From positions 62,001 to 126,000 of the IMG/VR virus record IMGVR_UViG_3300027770_000025: DNA of 64,000 nucleotides; one strand, given 5' to 3'. This document shows, in pieces, positions 20,316 to 30,488 of this stretch. The position numbers and the translations under genes are program-made. The stretch's first letter is position 1; each line of letters opens with the position of its first letter. The notes beneath the pieces were generated by a model. The model was given only the letters and a program-made list of their open reading frames with translations. It was not told where the DNA came from and made no database searches.

Positions 20316-20615
20316 TTAATATTTTGGCGGTGTAAAGAACACTATAGTTACTCCGCCTTCTCTAAATCCATCAGATACCATTACGCCATCCAACTTACCT
20401 TTATCTTCTCTGTTAATGTTATACCATTTGGAAATATAGCCAACTACGTCTGAATCTGCAAATCCTATTGGCTCTGGTCCACACATAGAACCCACTGTAT
20501 ATCCTAATTCTTTCAGTCTTCTCTCAGCGGAATTGAATGCGCTAAACGTGCCCGCGGGCGGAAAGGTTTCGGTGTGAAGTATTTCTCTTCCTAAATACGT
20601 TTCTCCTTTTTTCAT
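20316..20615 (-). CDS. Early hypothetical protein (start revised)
   Basis: GYTVGSMC..PIG...KW...LDG...FREG. Confidence 0.7.
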   Translation of the reverse strand: MKKGETYLGREILHTETFPPAGTFSAFNSAERRLKELGYTVGSMCGPEPIGFADSDVVGYISKWYNINREDKGKLDGVMVSDGFREGGVTIVFFTPPKY

Positions 20616-20831
20616 GATTGTTTGTTTTAGTTGGTTATAAAGCAAATATAAGATATAGGTTCGGGGTAAAAAAATAAAATACTAAATACCCTTCGCGGGC
20701 GTGAGTATCTTAGCACCATACTATGTGCAGGAGGTTACGGATTTTTCCACGCATCTTCGGGGCGGGAACGTTGACAGCGTTCTTCGGATGCTGCTTGGAT
20801 TAAAAATTAGATGTGGTGAGAAAAATAAATA

Positions 20832-21458
20832 TTATAAATTATTAATGATATCAATAAATATCTTTTTGGTCTCTTCTTTACCTATCTTTTCTTCTATGGA
20901 TTTGATAAAATTTATTACAATAGTCTGTTTGTAAATTTCCTGTTCGTAATCCTCCCATCTCTTAGCCTTTCCATCAGGTTTAGTATCCATAAACACCGTA
21001 GGTGCTTTTCCTGTGCATTTAGTTACAAGAGTCTCAACTTCTTTAATAATCCTGTCTACTTCAGTTTTATTTGTAATCACTATCTTTATATTAGGTAACT
21101 CTGATTGAAATTTATCATAGTCAAAATTTTTAGGAACTCTTACAGATACATGAGTAACACCGCCGCCTCTTCCGGTAAAATCTTTAGAGCCAATTCTAAT
21201 TCTAAGAACATTTTCTGAATCAATAGAAGATAAGTTCTTATTATCCTTTTCTCTATCGTATCTAAAATTATAAAAATCACTAGGATTAGTTATTATAAGT
21301 TTATCAAACGAACTTTCATTATCAGATGATATACTTGGATCGTCTTCTTTTACTTTAACATACCCATCAATAGTTGAATTAACATTAAATTTTAATTCAC
21401 TATATGGTAATTGGTCTTCGTTAATTTTTTCGTAGATAAAATCTTTAAATGTTTTCAT
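20832..21458 (-). CDS. CTS-like-tagged late protein inserted in the early region
   Basis: MKTFKDFIYE (very close to T4 IPIII MKTYQEFIAE); GATATATA upstream; flanked by 49-bp direct repeats. Confidence 0.75.
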   Translation of the reverse strand: MKTFKDFIYEKINEDQLPYSELKFNVNSTIDGYVKVKEDDPSISSDNESSFDKLIITNPSDFYNFRYDREKDNKNLSSIDSENVLRIRIGSKDFTGRGGGVTHVSVRVPKNFDYDKFQSELPNIKIVITNKTEVDRIIKEVETLVTKCTGKAPTVFMDTKPDGKAKRWEDYEQEIYKQTIVINFIKSIEEKIGKEETKKIFIDIINNL

Positions 21459-21603
21459 TTCTATTGTTATTTATATATTTATATATCTTTAGTTTGAGCG
21501 GGAACGTTGACAGCGTTCTTCGAATGCTACTTGGATTAAAACTTAGTCCAACAAAAAAGCCTCTTCCGAAGAAGAGGCTCTTGACCAATTAACCAACTAC
21601 CAA

Positions 21604-21891
21604 TTATAACATTGCTCTCACTTTTGCGAAGTACTTATCAATGTCATTTGCGAACTTAATTGCTCTTGCCTTTGTTTTAGCGTAAGCAAAGAACTCGCAG
21701 AACTCACTATCGAAGTCTATTCCTTTGCAGTTAATTTTTTCTTTGACAAAATCTTCAAAGTCATATGCGCTATCAAACTCTTTAACAGTCATCGCTCTTT
21801 TAGCGTTTCCTGAGATTGACCAATCTTTGAAGCCATCGAGTTTATAGACTTCAAGACCTAATTCTAATTTTAATGCTGTTTCTGATGGCAT
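21604..21891 (-). CDS. Early hypothetical protein
   Basis: AACCAAC leader and terminator. Confidence 0.7.
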   Translation of the reverse strand: MPSETALKLELGLEVYKLDGFKDWSISGNAKRAMTVKEFDSAYDFEDFVKEKINCKGIDFDSEFCEFFAYAKTKARAIKFANDIDKYFAKVRAML

Positions 21892-22094
21892 GTGTGATTG
21901 GGTTTAGTTGGTTGTTAAAACATTTTAATTTTTAATTTTTGTCGAACAGATTCAAAATCTGCACCAGTGACTTCATTCTTACAATCAGAGACTAAATCAC
22001 ATAGTTCATTAAAATCTTTAACTCCTGATTGTTTTGCTAACTTTAGTAACTCTTTGAATCCTTCTGTCATAATTATTTGGGTTGGGTTTAGTTA

Positions 22095-22307
22095 TTAAAG
22101 TTTAACAATTTTTGAATCGGTAACCTGAATGCAACAGATGTTAAGACGTTTAATATCTCTTTTTAAATTATCTATAGATAATTTACCTATTACAAAAGAC
22201 TTTGCCCCCTTTTTATTCTCACACTCTACGTGAAAAATCATTGGTGGGTCTAAACCTCCTATCACCCAATCTGGATCTGTAACTACTACACAAAATAGAT
22301 GTTTCAT
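22095..22307 (-). CDS. Early hypothetical protein
   Basis: Own promoter. Confidence 0.6.
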   Translation of the reverse strand: MKHLFCVVVTDPDWVIGGLDPPMIFHVECENKKGAKSFVIGKLSIDNLKRDIKRLNICCIQVTDSKIVKL

Positions 22308-22369
22308 ATTAATTTGTTTATTTGGTTATATTACAAAGATAAGAAACTACATCGTGATAAAAAAATAAA

Positions 22370-22810
22370 TCAGATCATTTTTGATAATCTGTTTACCCTT
22401 TTAAATACTGAGAATTGCTCCTCTGTAATTCCAAGATCCTTTAAGTAGCTGTCGATTATAGCCAAATCTTTCTGTGGCATTTTTTCGATAACTGCGACGG
22501 CCTGAAGGAACGTTGATCCTGTTCCCATTATGGTAGCTATTGATGTTGATGTCTTTACAGACAGGGCACCGGGAATGTTGATTTTAATTTCACCGGTGTC
22601 ATATTTATAAAAACCCCGCTCTTTGTTCTTTGCATGAACAACGGATAAATTAAATATACGGGCAACGTGACCAATGTGCTTAGATGTGGTACGACTATAT
22701 CTGCCGTGCTCTATTAACTTATCATCTTCGATATGTGCTACGATTGTATCATAACTAATGATTTCATTTCCTCTGCGGAATAAGTTCTCTCTTAATTTTA
22801 ATGTTTCCAT
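22370..22810 (-). CDS. Early conserved phage protein
   Basis: SYDTIVA...YSRTTSKH motif. Confidence 0.7.
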   Translation of the reverse strand: METLKLRENLFRRGNEIISYDTIVAHIEDDKLIEHGRYSRTTSKHIGHVARIFNLSVVHAKNKERGFYKYDTGEIKINIPGALSVKTSTSIATIMGTGSTFLQAVAVIEKMPQKDLAIIDSYLKDLGITEEQFSVFKRVNRLSKMI

Positions 22811-23085
22811 GGTTGGTTTGATTGGTTAATGTAAAGATAAGAATTCAGATTGGGATAAAAAAATAAAAACCTAAAATAATTCTATTTATTTTTCAGCTGT
22901 TAAATCAGACCAAACAGCTGTTGCAGCTTGCGGGAACGTTGACACCGGTTCCGCTCCAGTCTACAGTAAGGTTTGGGAAAGTTTGGAGCATAAAAAAACT
23001 CTCCTTGGGGTAGGAGAGTTTAGTAATCCATTTCTTGGTGGCGGCACCTTTACACGACCGGGATTTCCACTTGTGAGGATCTTTG

Positions 23086-23334
23086 TTAATCAACCCAAAC
23101 TTCTTTTGTTACCGAAATGGAACGCCATGCGCTTTTTTCCAAATCAAAGAAGGTTGTTACTGAACTGGGAGCCGAACCTCCTTTTGGGTGACCTGATACT
23201 GGGATGCGAGATAAATCTCTTGTTCCCATTGCTATTCTAAGTTCTCCACCAACTTTGTGGAAATAGAATTTAACTACGCCTTGACGTAATCTGTCTTTAA
23301 GTTGTTCGTGTGTGATTTTTTTAAGTGATGACAT
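23086..23334 (-). CDS. WYL_2/DUF2693-like SH3-fold protein
   Basis: VKFYFHKVGGELRIAMGT...FFDLEKSAWRS. Confidence 0.75.
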   Translation of the reverse strand: MSSLKKITHEQLKDRLRQGVVKFYFHKVGGELRIAMGTRDLSRIPVSGHPKGGSAPSSVTTFFDLEKSAWRSISVTKEVWVD

Positions 23335-23395
23335 ATGGTTTGTTTTAATTGGTTAATACAAAGATAAGGTATTTATTCGGGATAAAAAAATGTTT

Positions 23396-23845
23396 TTATT
23401 TTTTCTTTGTTATTTCAATTTCTTTTTTTATAACCATCAAGCCAATAAAATCTTCAAAATTATTTTTAATATTAAGTTCTTTTAATATCTTAGAGGAAAA
23501 TTCTTTTGATTCTCCAACAGAAAAAAATAAAGTTTCATCTGTCTCATGAAAAATTGTAATTGGTATTTCGCATCCAAGTTTTCCTAAGTTTTCTTTCCTG
23601 TGCCATTCCTCCTCCTTAATAATTTCTAATGTTTGGATTTCGTCTGTCATTTCTCCTGTTGGTTTAGGATATTGAAACTTACGCGGGGAAGTTATAAAAT
23701 TTTCAATAAAAGAATATGCACTTTCTTTTTCTAAAGGCTTCTGTGAAATTATTAAAAATTTACGAACAGAGTATTTTTCATAAGGTAGATTCCAATTCGT
23801 GATTGTTTCTAATTTAACTACAGTACCAAAAATCTTGTCTTTCAT
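23396..23845 (-). CDS. Early hypothetical protein
   Basis: Own promoter. Confidence 0.65.
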   Translation of the reverse strand: MKDKIFGTVVKLETITNWNLPYEKYSVRKFLIISQKPLEKESAYSFIENFITSPRKFQYPKPTGEMTDEIQTLEIIKEEEWHRKENLGKLGCEIPITIFHETDETLFFSVGESKEFSSKILKELNIKNNFEDFIGLMVIKKEIEITKKK

Positions 23846-24073
23846 TTTTATAGTGTTTAATTGGTTAATGCAAAGATAAGATATTGAACCGGGATAAAAA
23901 AATATTTCTAAAACTTTTTCTCCATCGGGAATTCTGCTGGAGAAACTGGTATCCGAATCCGGGGAACGTTGACAGCGGTTCTACTCTGTGCATATGGTTT
24001 TGCATTTAAGATTTTATGCCCACAAAAAAACCAGACCTAATCAGATCTGGTTCGCATTCGGAATTGGTAAATG

Positions 24074-24268
24074 CTATTTAATAGTTTTCCAACCTATGAT
24101 TTTAATATCCTTTTCTCTTACCCCAATCCATAAGTCAGACTTATTACTCTTACCGTTAATCTTAACCGCTCTCATAGAACTAGAGTAGATAACAACAGTA
24201 TCTTTTGGTACAACTACACCGCTTACCTTAGAGCGTAGTTCTTTTTTAAGTATGACTGCTTGTTCCAT
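24074..24268 (-). CDS. Small early protein (start revised)
   Basis: MEQAVILKKE... Confidence 0.55.
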   Translation of the reverse strand: MEQAVILKKELRSKVSGVVVPKDTVVIYSSSMRAVKINGKSNKSDLWIGVREKDIKIIGWKTIK

Positions 24269-24458
24269 ACCATAAATATAACAATTATATCTACGAAATA
24301 AAAATTTTACTAAGCATTTTTTTGTTAAAGTTTTTAGCCTACGCACGAGGTCCACGCTCCCGCACGTGCTTAGTATGTTAGCATCATACTATGTTTAAAA
24401 GGGCCTACAAAAAAGGCCTACCCTAAGGCAGACCTAATTTACGGAAATGAAGTTTATC

Positions 24459-25553
24459 TTAGAAAGGACTTGGTACGAAGTTAGTCATATCAAAATCCTT
24501 TGTCATCATACGTGATGCTTCTACTTGAAGACGACGACGATCGTAATCAGCTATTCTGAAACCGTTGTCGTGGCTAGCGAAGTGTGTTACCCCGTTAATT
24601 AAATCCCAAACGGATGTACCGGTTTTAGCACCTTTCTTTTGACCGGTGGTAAATGTAATGGTGTCGATGTTTGCCGCATGAAATCTAGCACGTGTAGTGT
24701 GCAATGGCACCCAAGCTTCAAGTTCTTTATTGTCAGCATCAGAGAATGCTTTGAGCGAGTCGTGTGCACTTTCTAATTCGAATAGTGAAGCACGTGTGTT
24801 CATAGCTAATCTTAATCTGTTCTCGAACTCTAGTGGGCGGAAACCGCGGTCGGCTAAAAGATTTAATTGTGCCCAGAATGTTTCCATTGAGCGTCCGTCC
24901 ATTTGACCTAACGATAATGACTCTTCAAATGTTTTACCCATTAACCCGTTTGCACAAACTAATCGATGTAAGAATGGACTTACCATAAAGCCTCCGATAG
25001 GACTGTTGGTGAACGAGATACCTCCGTAAAATTCTTCGTCGGCTAAACCACTAATACCCCAGACATTCTTAGGTGATGATGTGTTTATAACCACGCCACC
25101 ATCATTGTTGACCGAGAAATCGTTTACCTCCAGACCATACTTATTAATGATGCTGGATGAGGTGTCGATGAACGTTTGATTTGAAATTAAATCACGTGGG
25201 TCCTTTTGGACGTTAATAATTTCCCTAGTATCGGGGTTAACCACTAGTGATAACGTTGTGCTACCCTTAGCCTGCACCGCCACCTTTAACCTGTTGATAA
25301 GTTGTTGACGTGCTTTGTCACCGAATGATGTGGTAAACGTTTTGTCAAATCCGACGGGTAAGCCAACCACTTTACAGATACCTTTAAAGGCATCGCGATT
25401 AATTTTAATTTGATGATCCTCCAACTTCAGAGTGGTGTCGTTGATGATTTCAATATCCTTGATGCTGACTTCTTTTCGGATAGGAGTTTTGTTAACTGCT
25501 ATCTTCGCTTTGTCATCGAAGGCTTGTTGTGATAATGTTTCAAATTTTGGCAT
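24459..25553 (-). CDS. DUF932-like protein
   Basis: FTNS...LHRLVCANGL and SVWDLINGVTHFASH motifs. Confidence 0.6.
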   Translation of the reverse strand: MPKFETLSQQAFDDKAKIAVNKTPIRKEVSIKDIEIINDTTLKLEDHQIKINRDAFKGICKVVGLPVGFDKTFTTSFGDKARQQLINRLKVAVQAKGSTTLSLVVNPDTREIINVQKDPRDLISNQTFIDTSSSIINKYGLEVNDFSVNNDGGVVINTSSPKNVWGISGLADEEFYGGISFTNSPIGGFMVSPFLHRLVCANGLMGKTFEESLSLGQMDGRSMETFWAQLNLLADRGFRPLEFENRLRLAMNTRASLFELESAHDSLKAFSDADNKELEAWVPLHTTRARFHAANIDTITFTTGQKKGAKTGTSVWDLINGVTHFASHDNGFRIADYDRRRLQVEASRMMTKDFDMTNFVPSPF

Positions 25554-25626
25554 ATGGCTTTTATTTTTATTTGGTTTCTACAAAGATAAGAATTATGTAC
25601 GGGATAAAAAAATAAAAAGACGGGTT

Positions 25627-26634
25627 TTATAACCCGTCCTCCTCTTCCTCTTTAGCAAAACCAAAGAGAGTGTCAAATGCGTTTCCTTCGCTTTCGATTA
25701 GAGTACGCTCGTGGCTTAAAGCCTCTCTGGCATTCTCATCGTTGCTGAAACGTTTTAAATCATACTCAACATCACCCGTTGCAGATAGAGAATAGAACAT
25801 TCGTTTGTTAACAGGACCACGTCTGTTCTTGTTAAACATCATATACTGGCTGCCTGTTGCTTGATCGTAGCGTAACTCAAGCATACCAGTGGTATTATGC
25901 TTAAGCTTATTAGAACCGACGAAAACGCCTCCTTTTGTAACCTGTTGGATAGCAATAAAGGTTGTGTGGGTTTTAGTATCGTTTCCTGCAAGGTTGTGAG
26001 AGATCATTAGGTCGATCAGCCATTTTTCAGAACCGGTAGAGGTTAGTTTTAGTACCTCCTTAATATCTTCTTGTACCTCGGCAAAAGAGTCAATTAGTAC
26101 TACGTCGTAACCAGGTTTTAAAGCACTCTCAATTACAGTCTTAGGATTGCTGTCGCAATATTCTCCTGTAAATAGAATATCAACCTCGCCGAACTTGGGG
26201 TAACGCTGAACGTATCCATAAAGATCGATCCTTGTCATTTCAGCAGATATGAATAACACCCGATAGCCGTTGGCTGCCAGGTCGGAAAGAATATCTAACG
26301 ACACTGTGGATTTACCCACACCAGGATCGCCGATTAACATGAAGTTACAGGCCTTAGGTATTCCTCCATCGGAGGTGAACACCTGATCTACAGGTTTACC
26401 TGTCTTCATAGGAATGAATAGATCTGGTGAGAAGTATTGCCCACTCATGCGAACCAACTCCAGCGGCTTCTCGATAAATGCCGGTGGTGGTACATTGGCA
26501 CTTACTTGGGAAAGCGGAGGTAGTCCTTGATCTTGTCTTTTTCTAGCAGCAGCTAATCTGACTGCATCTGCGATACGAGCCTTAGCCTCATCGCTCATAG
26601 GTTTTCTTAGTCCTGTTGGTTCTTTGTGTGCCAT
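25627..26634 (-). CDS. RecA-superfamily ATPase, RadA/Sms-like (start revised)
   Basis: GDPGVGKST Walker A, FISAEM, VLIDS Walker B, QVTKGG.FVGSNKLKH, KNRRG. Confidence 0.75.
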   Translation of the reverse strand: MAHKEPTGLRKPMSDEAKARIADAVRLAAARKRQDQGLPPLSQVSANVPPPAFIEKPLELVRMSGQYFSPDLFIPMKTGKPVDQVFTSDGGIPKACNFMLIGDPGVGKSTVSLDILSDLAANGYRVLFISAEMTRIDLYGYVQRYPKFGEVDILFTGEYCDSNPKTVIESALKPGYDVVLIDSFAEVQEDIKEVLKLTSTGSEKWLIDLMISHNLAGNDTKTHTTFIAIQQVTKGGVFVGSNKLKHNTTGMLELRYDQATGSQYMMFNKNRRGPVNKRMFYSLSATGDVEYDLKRFSNDENAREALSHERTLIESEGNAFDTLFGFAKEEEEDGL

Positions 26635-26724
26635 CTTATATTGTTTTGATTGGTTATGGTGCAAGAATAATATTTCTAACCGGGGTAAAAAAATAAATTG
26701 GGGTTAATTTTAAAAATATTTTTA

Positions 26725-26934
26725 TTAACCCATTGTGGAGTAGTTAACCCTGTCCTTATACCTTCTAACCTTACCGTTACCTAGGTAAACATTTAGAACA
26801 CCCCCATTCCATAATGCCATCTGAACCGGTACCCCAACATCAATAGTAATAAAGTTATATTGGTCTTTGTAAACTTTAATGCGGTTGTATTCTATCCGAA
26901 CCACACCGCAATTAATAATTTTTGGATCCCACAT
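26725..26934 (-). CDS. Small early beta-rich protein
   Basis: Own promoter. Confidence 0.65.
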   Translation of the reverse strand: MWDPKIINCGVVRIEYNRIKVYKDQYNFITIDVGVPVQMALWNGGVLNVYLGNGKVRRYKDRVNYSTMG

Positions 26935-27026
26935 AGTTGATTGGTTTTATGTTTATGATGTAAATATAATAGATCCAACCGAGGTAAAAAAATATTTCAG
27001 ATATATAGTTCAATATAATTATTAAT

Positions 27027-27899
27027 ATGGATAAGATAAAAAGTTTTAAAGAGTTTACTCTTAACGAAAAAGGAAGTGCATTAGGTTTTCTAGGTGGTAT
27101 TCTAACTGGGAATATTGACATCTTCGATAAACCAGATCAATGGTCCGGTATAGGATCACCAATAACCGGCGATGGGGATCTGCCCAATTCTAACACCGTG
27201 GCATCTGGTCCAAATACCATAGGAGCATTAGCACCAGGTTCTTATACACCATCAGGAACTTATACAGCAACACCAGGTAATGATGACTTTGCTCTTTATA
27301 TGCAGCACCAACAAGGCATAGCAGGAGCAGCGGGTCTAGTTAAAGCACTTAACGGAACTGGTAATATGCATCCAGAAACAGTTAAAACTAAAAGCGGAAC
27401 TAGATACGCAAACCTAGTTAAGAACGTACCTTCTGATAGACCACAAGTTAAGAGAGATATTATAGCATCATTAGACAAAGGAGACCAAAAAACTGCAGCA
27501 GGACTATTCCTTAATATGTGGAAAGAGAAATGGTTTTCTAAGCAAAAGCAGGCTAAGACCGCTATCAACCTTCCCAAAAATGCTACGGTAAAAGATGCTA
27601 TCACTAAAGCATCTTCCAAATACAGTGTGCCCTTTGATTTTGCTATTACTGTTGCTATTATAGAATCAGGTTTAAATCCAGCTGCACACGGAGCAACATA
27701 CAAAGGTCTATATGCAATGAAACCCAGTAGCAACTACAGCGGATTGGTTACTCCTATGGGAAACAATTGGGCAGATCCCTATGTTAATGCAGAAAATGGT
27801 ATTAAGTTATTAAAAAATAACATTGCTCAATTCAAGAAAAGTTTAGGTAACGATTGGGCTTCTCTTAAAGTTGGAAGTTGGGCAAACAACTTAGCTTAA
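27027..27899 (+). CDS. CTS-like-tagged protein with C-terminal lytic transglycosylase (SLT-like) domain
   Basis: MDKIKSFKEFTLNE; ASSKYSVP..AIIESGLNPAA..GLYAM..DPYVNA. Confidence 0.75.
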   Translation: MDKIKSFKEFTLNEKGSALGFLGGILTGNIDIFDKPDQWSGIGSPITGDGDLPNSNTVASGPNTIGALAPGSYTPSGTYTATPGNDDFALYMQHQQGIAGAAGLVKALNGTGNMHPETVKTKSGTRYANLVKNVPSDRPQVKRDIIASLDKGDQKTAAGLFLNMWKEKWFSKQKQAKTAINLPKNATVKDAITKASSKYSVPFDFAITVAIIESGLNPAAHGATYKGLYAMKPSSNYSGLVTPMGNNWADPYVNAENGIKLLKNNIAQFKKSLGNDWASLKVGSWANNLA

Positions 27900-28046
27900 T
27901 TTTCCACGCAACCACAGAGCAGGAACGTTGACAACGGTTTCACCCACTACATCATACTTTTTCCCAATTATTAAACACAACAAAAAACCCAAGTCCTTTC
28001 GAACTTGGGTCCGGAGTCGAATAGTAAACTCCTTTAACCAACCAAC

Positions 28047-28475
28047 CTATTCAGCTTCTTTTATAAGTATATTTTCTAGTAATTTAGCTTGGCGTACATC
28101 TTCATGCGCATCTACACATAGCCACTCACCTGCTGCAGTGAAGACGTATCCATATTCTTCAACATCGCTATTAATGAAATCCTCCACACTGTCGTGGTCT
28201 CTAATCTCTAAATCCTCTCGACGGTCACGGTGATAAGCTACCACGATACCGTCTGCTGGTGAACCGAAATTATGAGTAACCCCTTCAGGTATTTCTACAT
28301 TTTTATTTAATGAAGAAATTGATCCTAATTTGATTAACGATTCAATTTTCTCTTGTGTTCGGAAATGATCTAATAAGATTCTGCCATTATTAGACGGGTA
28401 GCCGTCCCAGTGACAGTAAATTGAACGTACTTTTCCTGTTTGATCTTCGATTGCGATTCTTGAGCGTGTTGCCAT
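28047..28475 (-). CDS. Early conserved phage protein
   Basis: MATRSRIA...YCHWDGYP motif. Confidence 0.75.
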   Translation of the reverse strand: MATRSRIAIEDQTGKVRSIYCHWDGYPSNNGRILLDHFRTQEKIESLIKLGSISSLNKNVEIPEGVTHNFGSPADGIVVAYHRDRREDLEIRDHDSVEDFINSDVEEYGYVFTAAGEWLCVDAHEDVRQAKLLENILIKEAE

Positions 28476-28547
28476 AGTTATAATTGTTTTAGTTGGTTAG
28501 TGATGCAAATATAAGATACATGTTCGGGATAAAAAAATATTTTCTAA

Positions 28548-28922
28548 TTATTTACTGTAAACTTTATTACCTAAGCTTACCAACTTACCGAATCTCATAC
28601 CATCGGCAACAGAACCTTGAAACATCCAGTTAGGTGTTACCCTTGGGTTATAAGAAACTTTTTCTGAATCGTTCATGACTGTTAAACCCACATGGTCTAT
28701 GATTTCTATCTCATCACACAGTATCCAAGAGCAGACAGTTTTGTTTGCTCCTTTGAATATTTTAAGTGCTGTAGTCTTTTGATTCTTTAACACACATCCA
28801 GTCATTACGAGTTGAACCTCTTCCGGTGAGTGATAGGAGATGCCGCCGTTGGGTCTTTCTATCTTCCACTTCATAAAGTTTTTGCCTGCTCCTAAATTAA
28901 ATCTGACTCTGATGGTTTTCAT
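28548..28922 (-). CDS. Early conserved phage protein (start revised)
   Basis: RVRFNLGAGKNFMKW...YNPR.TPNW. Confidence 0.7.
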   Translation of the reverse strand: MKTIRVRFNLGAGKNFMKWKIERPNGGISYHSPEEVQLVMTGCVLKNQKTTALKIFKGANKTVCSWILCDEIEIIDHVGLTVMNDSEKVSYNPRVTPNWMFQGSVADGMRFGKLVSLGNKVYSK

Positions 28923-28986
28923 ATGGCTGAGGTTTGATTGGTTAACGTAAAGATAAGATACATGACCGGGATAAAAAAATAAATTC

Positions 28987-29382
28987 TTATAATTCTGCAG
29001 TGAATCTACATTCACCATTATCTTCCACACATTTCTTAATTTTGTTTCCTAAGTGAAGCCTTGCATAACTATCCATAATTGTTGAATACTTTGCTTCAGC
29101 AACCCCGAGCTGTTTAGCGAGCACATTAGGATTGTAACCGTTGGATGAACTAAACACCTCATCCAATTTAGACTTAAACTCTCCTAAGTCGGTAATGCAG
29201 GTTTGAATACCTTCGTTGATTGACTCAAGATCTTCTTTATTAAAGAAGTATTCTAATTCGTAAATTTCTCCATCGTCATCTTGCAATTCAATTTCTGAAC
29301 CACCGAAGTTGTTAGCATCGTCCGAGCTTTGTACGCCAAACCAGAATTTACCTTCTATGTCTCCTTGATAGTAACGTCCCAT
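28987..29382 (-). CDS. Early conserved phage protein
   Basis: MGRYYQGDIEGKFWFGVQSSDDA. Confidence 0.75.
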   Translation of the reverse strand: MGRYYQGDIEGKFWFGVQSSDDANNFGGSEIELQDDDGEIYELEYFFNKEDLESINEGIQTCITDLGEFKSKLDEVFSSSNGYNPNVLAKQLGVAEAKYSTIMDSYARLHLGNKIKKCVEDNGECRFTAEL

Positions 29383-29506
29383 TTGATTAATTTTTTAGTT
29401 GGTTAATAATACAAAAATAAGATTCCTAATCGGGATAAAAAAATAAAACACAAAAAAAAATCCTAAGATGTTATCTTAGGACTTTAGAAGTAGTTGTGCT
29501 TAGTAA

Positions 29507-29743
29507 TTAAGCCGTAACTGCTTTACGAGGGTTGGTCATTTTGAATGCTTGGTTAACAATCTTCATGTTAGAATACTTACCAGAAAGTACTTCACTAACT
29601 GTGCTTGAAGCATATCCAGTTTTAGCTGAAATGATTGCTTGGTCTCCTCTACGGATTTTTGAAGCAATAACCATCATTTTTTGTTCGTAGCTCATCTTGC
29701 TAGAACTTTTGGCTTTAGTAGCCACACTCTTAATTTTGTTCAT
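29507..29743 (-). CDS. Small basic HTH DNA-binding protein
   Basis: QAIISAKTGYASSTVSEVLSG. Confidence 0.6.
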   Translation of the reverse strand: MNKIKSVATKAKSSSKMSYEQKMMVIASKIRRGDQAIISAKTGYASSTVSEVLSGKYSNMKIVNQAFKMTNPRKAVTA

Positions 29744-29943
29744 GATAAAAGGTTTTAATTAAATTTACATGTATTATAGCAGGAAAACGTGAAAAAGTTT
29801 CTGATGCTGTCTTTCGGATGATGCCATCAGACGGAACGGTGTCAACGTTCCCGCGGTCTGTCTATGATTTTGGATTTAGTCAAATCCCACAAAAAACCCC
29901 CGGACTTTTGGACCGAGGGCTAATTGCTTTGTAACCAAACAAA

Positions 29944-30216
29944 CTACTTAACCAATTTCTGTGTCTTTAAGTGTGTGTAAACATCTTTAAGTTTTGTGTA
30001 ATCCATGCTTTGGGTTTCATCTAAAAGAGTCTCGATGGCATCTGAACCTAAGTCCATCTCCAATTCGCTCTCTTTCCAATTCTTATCTAACATTAGGTAT
30101 CCAAGACCACAGAGTATGTTAAGATCCGCCGAGCTAATAAATTCATTGAGAGAATCCCTCATTATAATATCGTTTACCAACTTACTCTGATTGTTATGTA
30201 GCTCCTGCGTTTTCAT
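29944..30216 (-). CDS. Hypothetical protein
   Basis: Tightly packed operon. Confidence 0.65.
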   Translation of the reverse strand: MKTQELHNNQSKLVNDIIMRDSLNEFISSADLNILCGLGYLMLDKNWKESELEMDLGSDAIETLLDETQSMDYTKLKDVYTHLKTQKLVK

Positions 30217-30217
30217 C

Positions 30218-30484
30218 TTAGTCTTCCTTAGATGTCTTACCCGAGCCTATTCTCGAATAACTTAAATAAGTTAATATTAGGACTGACCCGATATAACTTT
30301 TAACCGATGTTGTGATTCCGATCCCCATTAACTGTAAACCCCAGATAAGTAACATCGGGATTAATGCAAATGCCACTATGACCAATGCACCTAGGATAAC
30401 TGCTATTGCGATTGTTCCCTTTGAGTTTAACGATCCTTCTGCGATCTTTTTAAATATTTTTGCTAAATTCTTTTTCATATTCAA
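30218..30484 (-). CDS. Small membrane protein
   Basis: Two hydrophobic segments. Confidence 0.65.
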   Translation of the reverse strand: MNMKKNLAKIFKKIAEGSLNSKGTIAIAVILGALVIVAFALIPMLLIWGLQLMGIGITTSVKSYIGSVLILTYLSYSRIGSGKTSKED

Positions 30485-30488
30485 TTTT

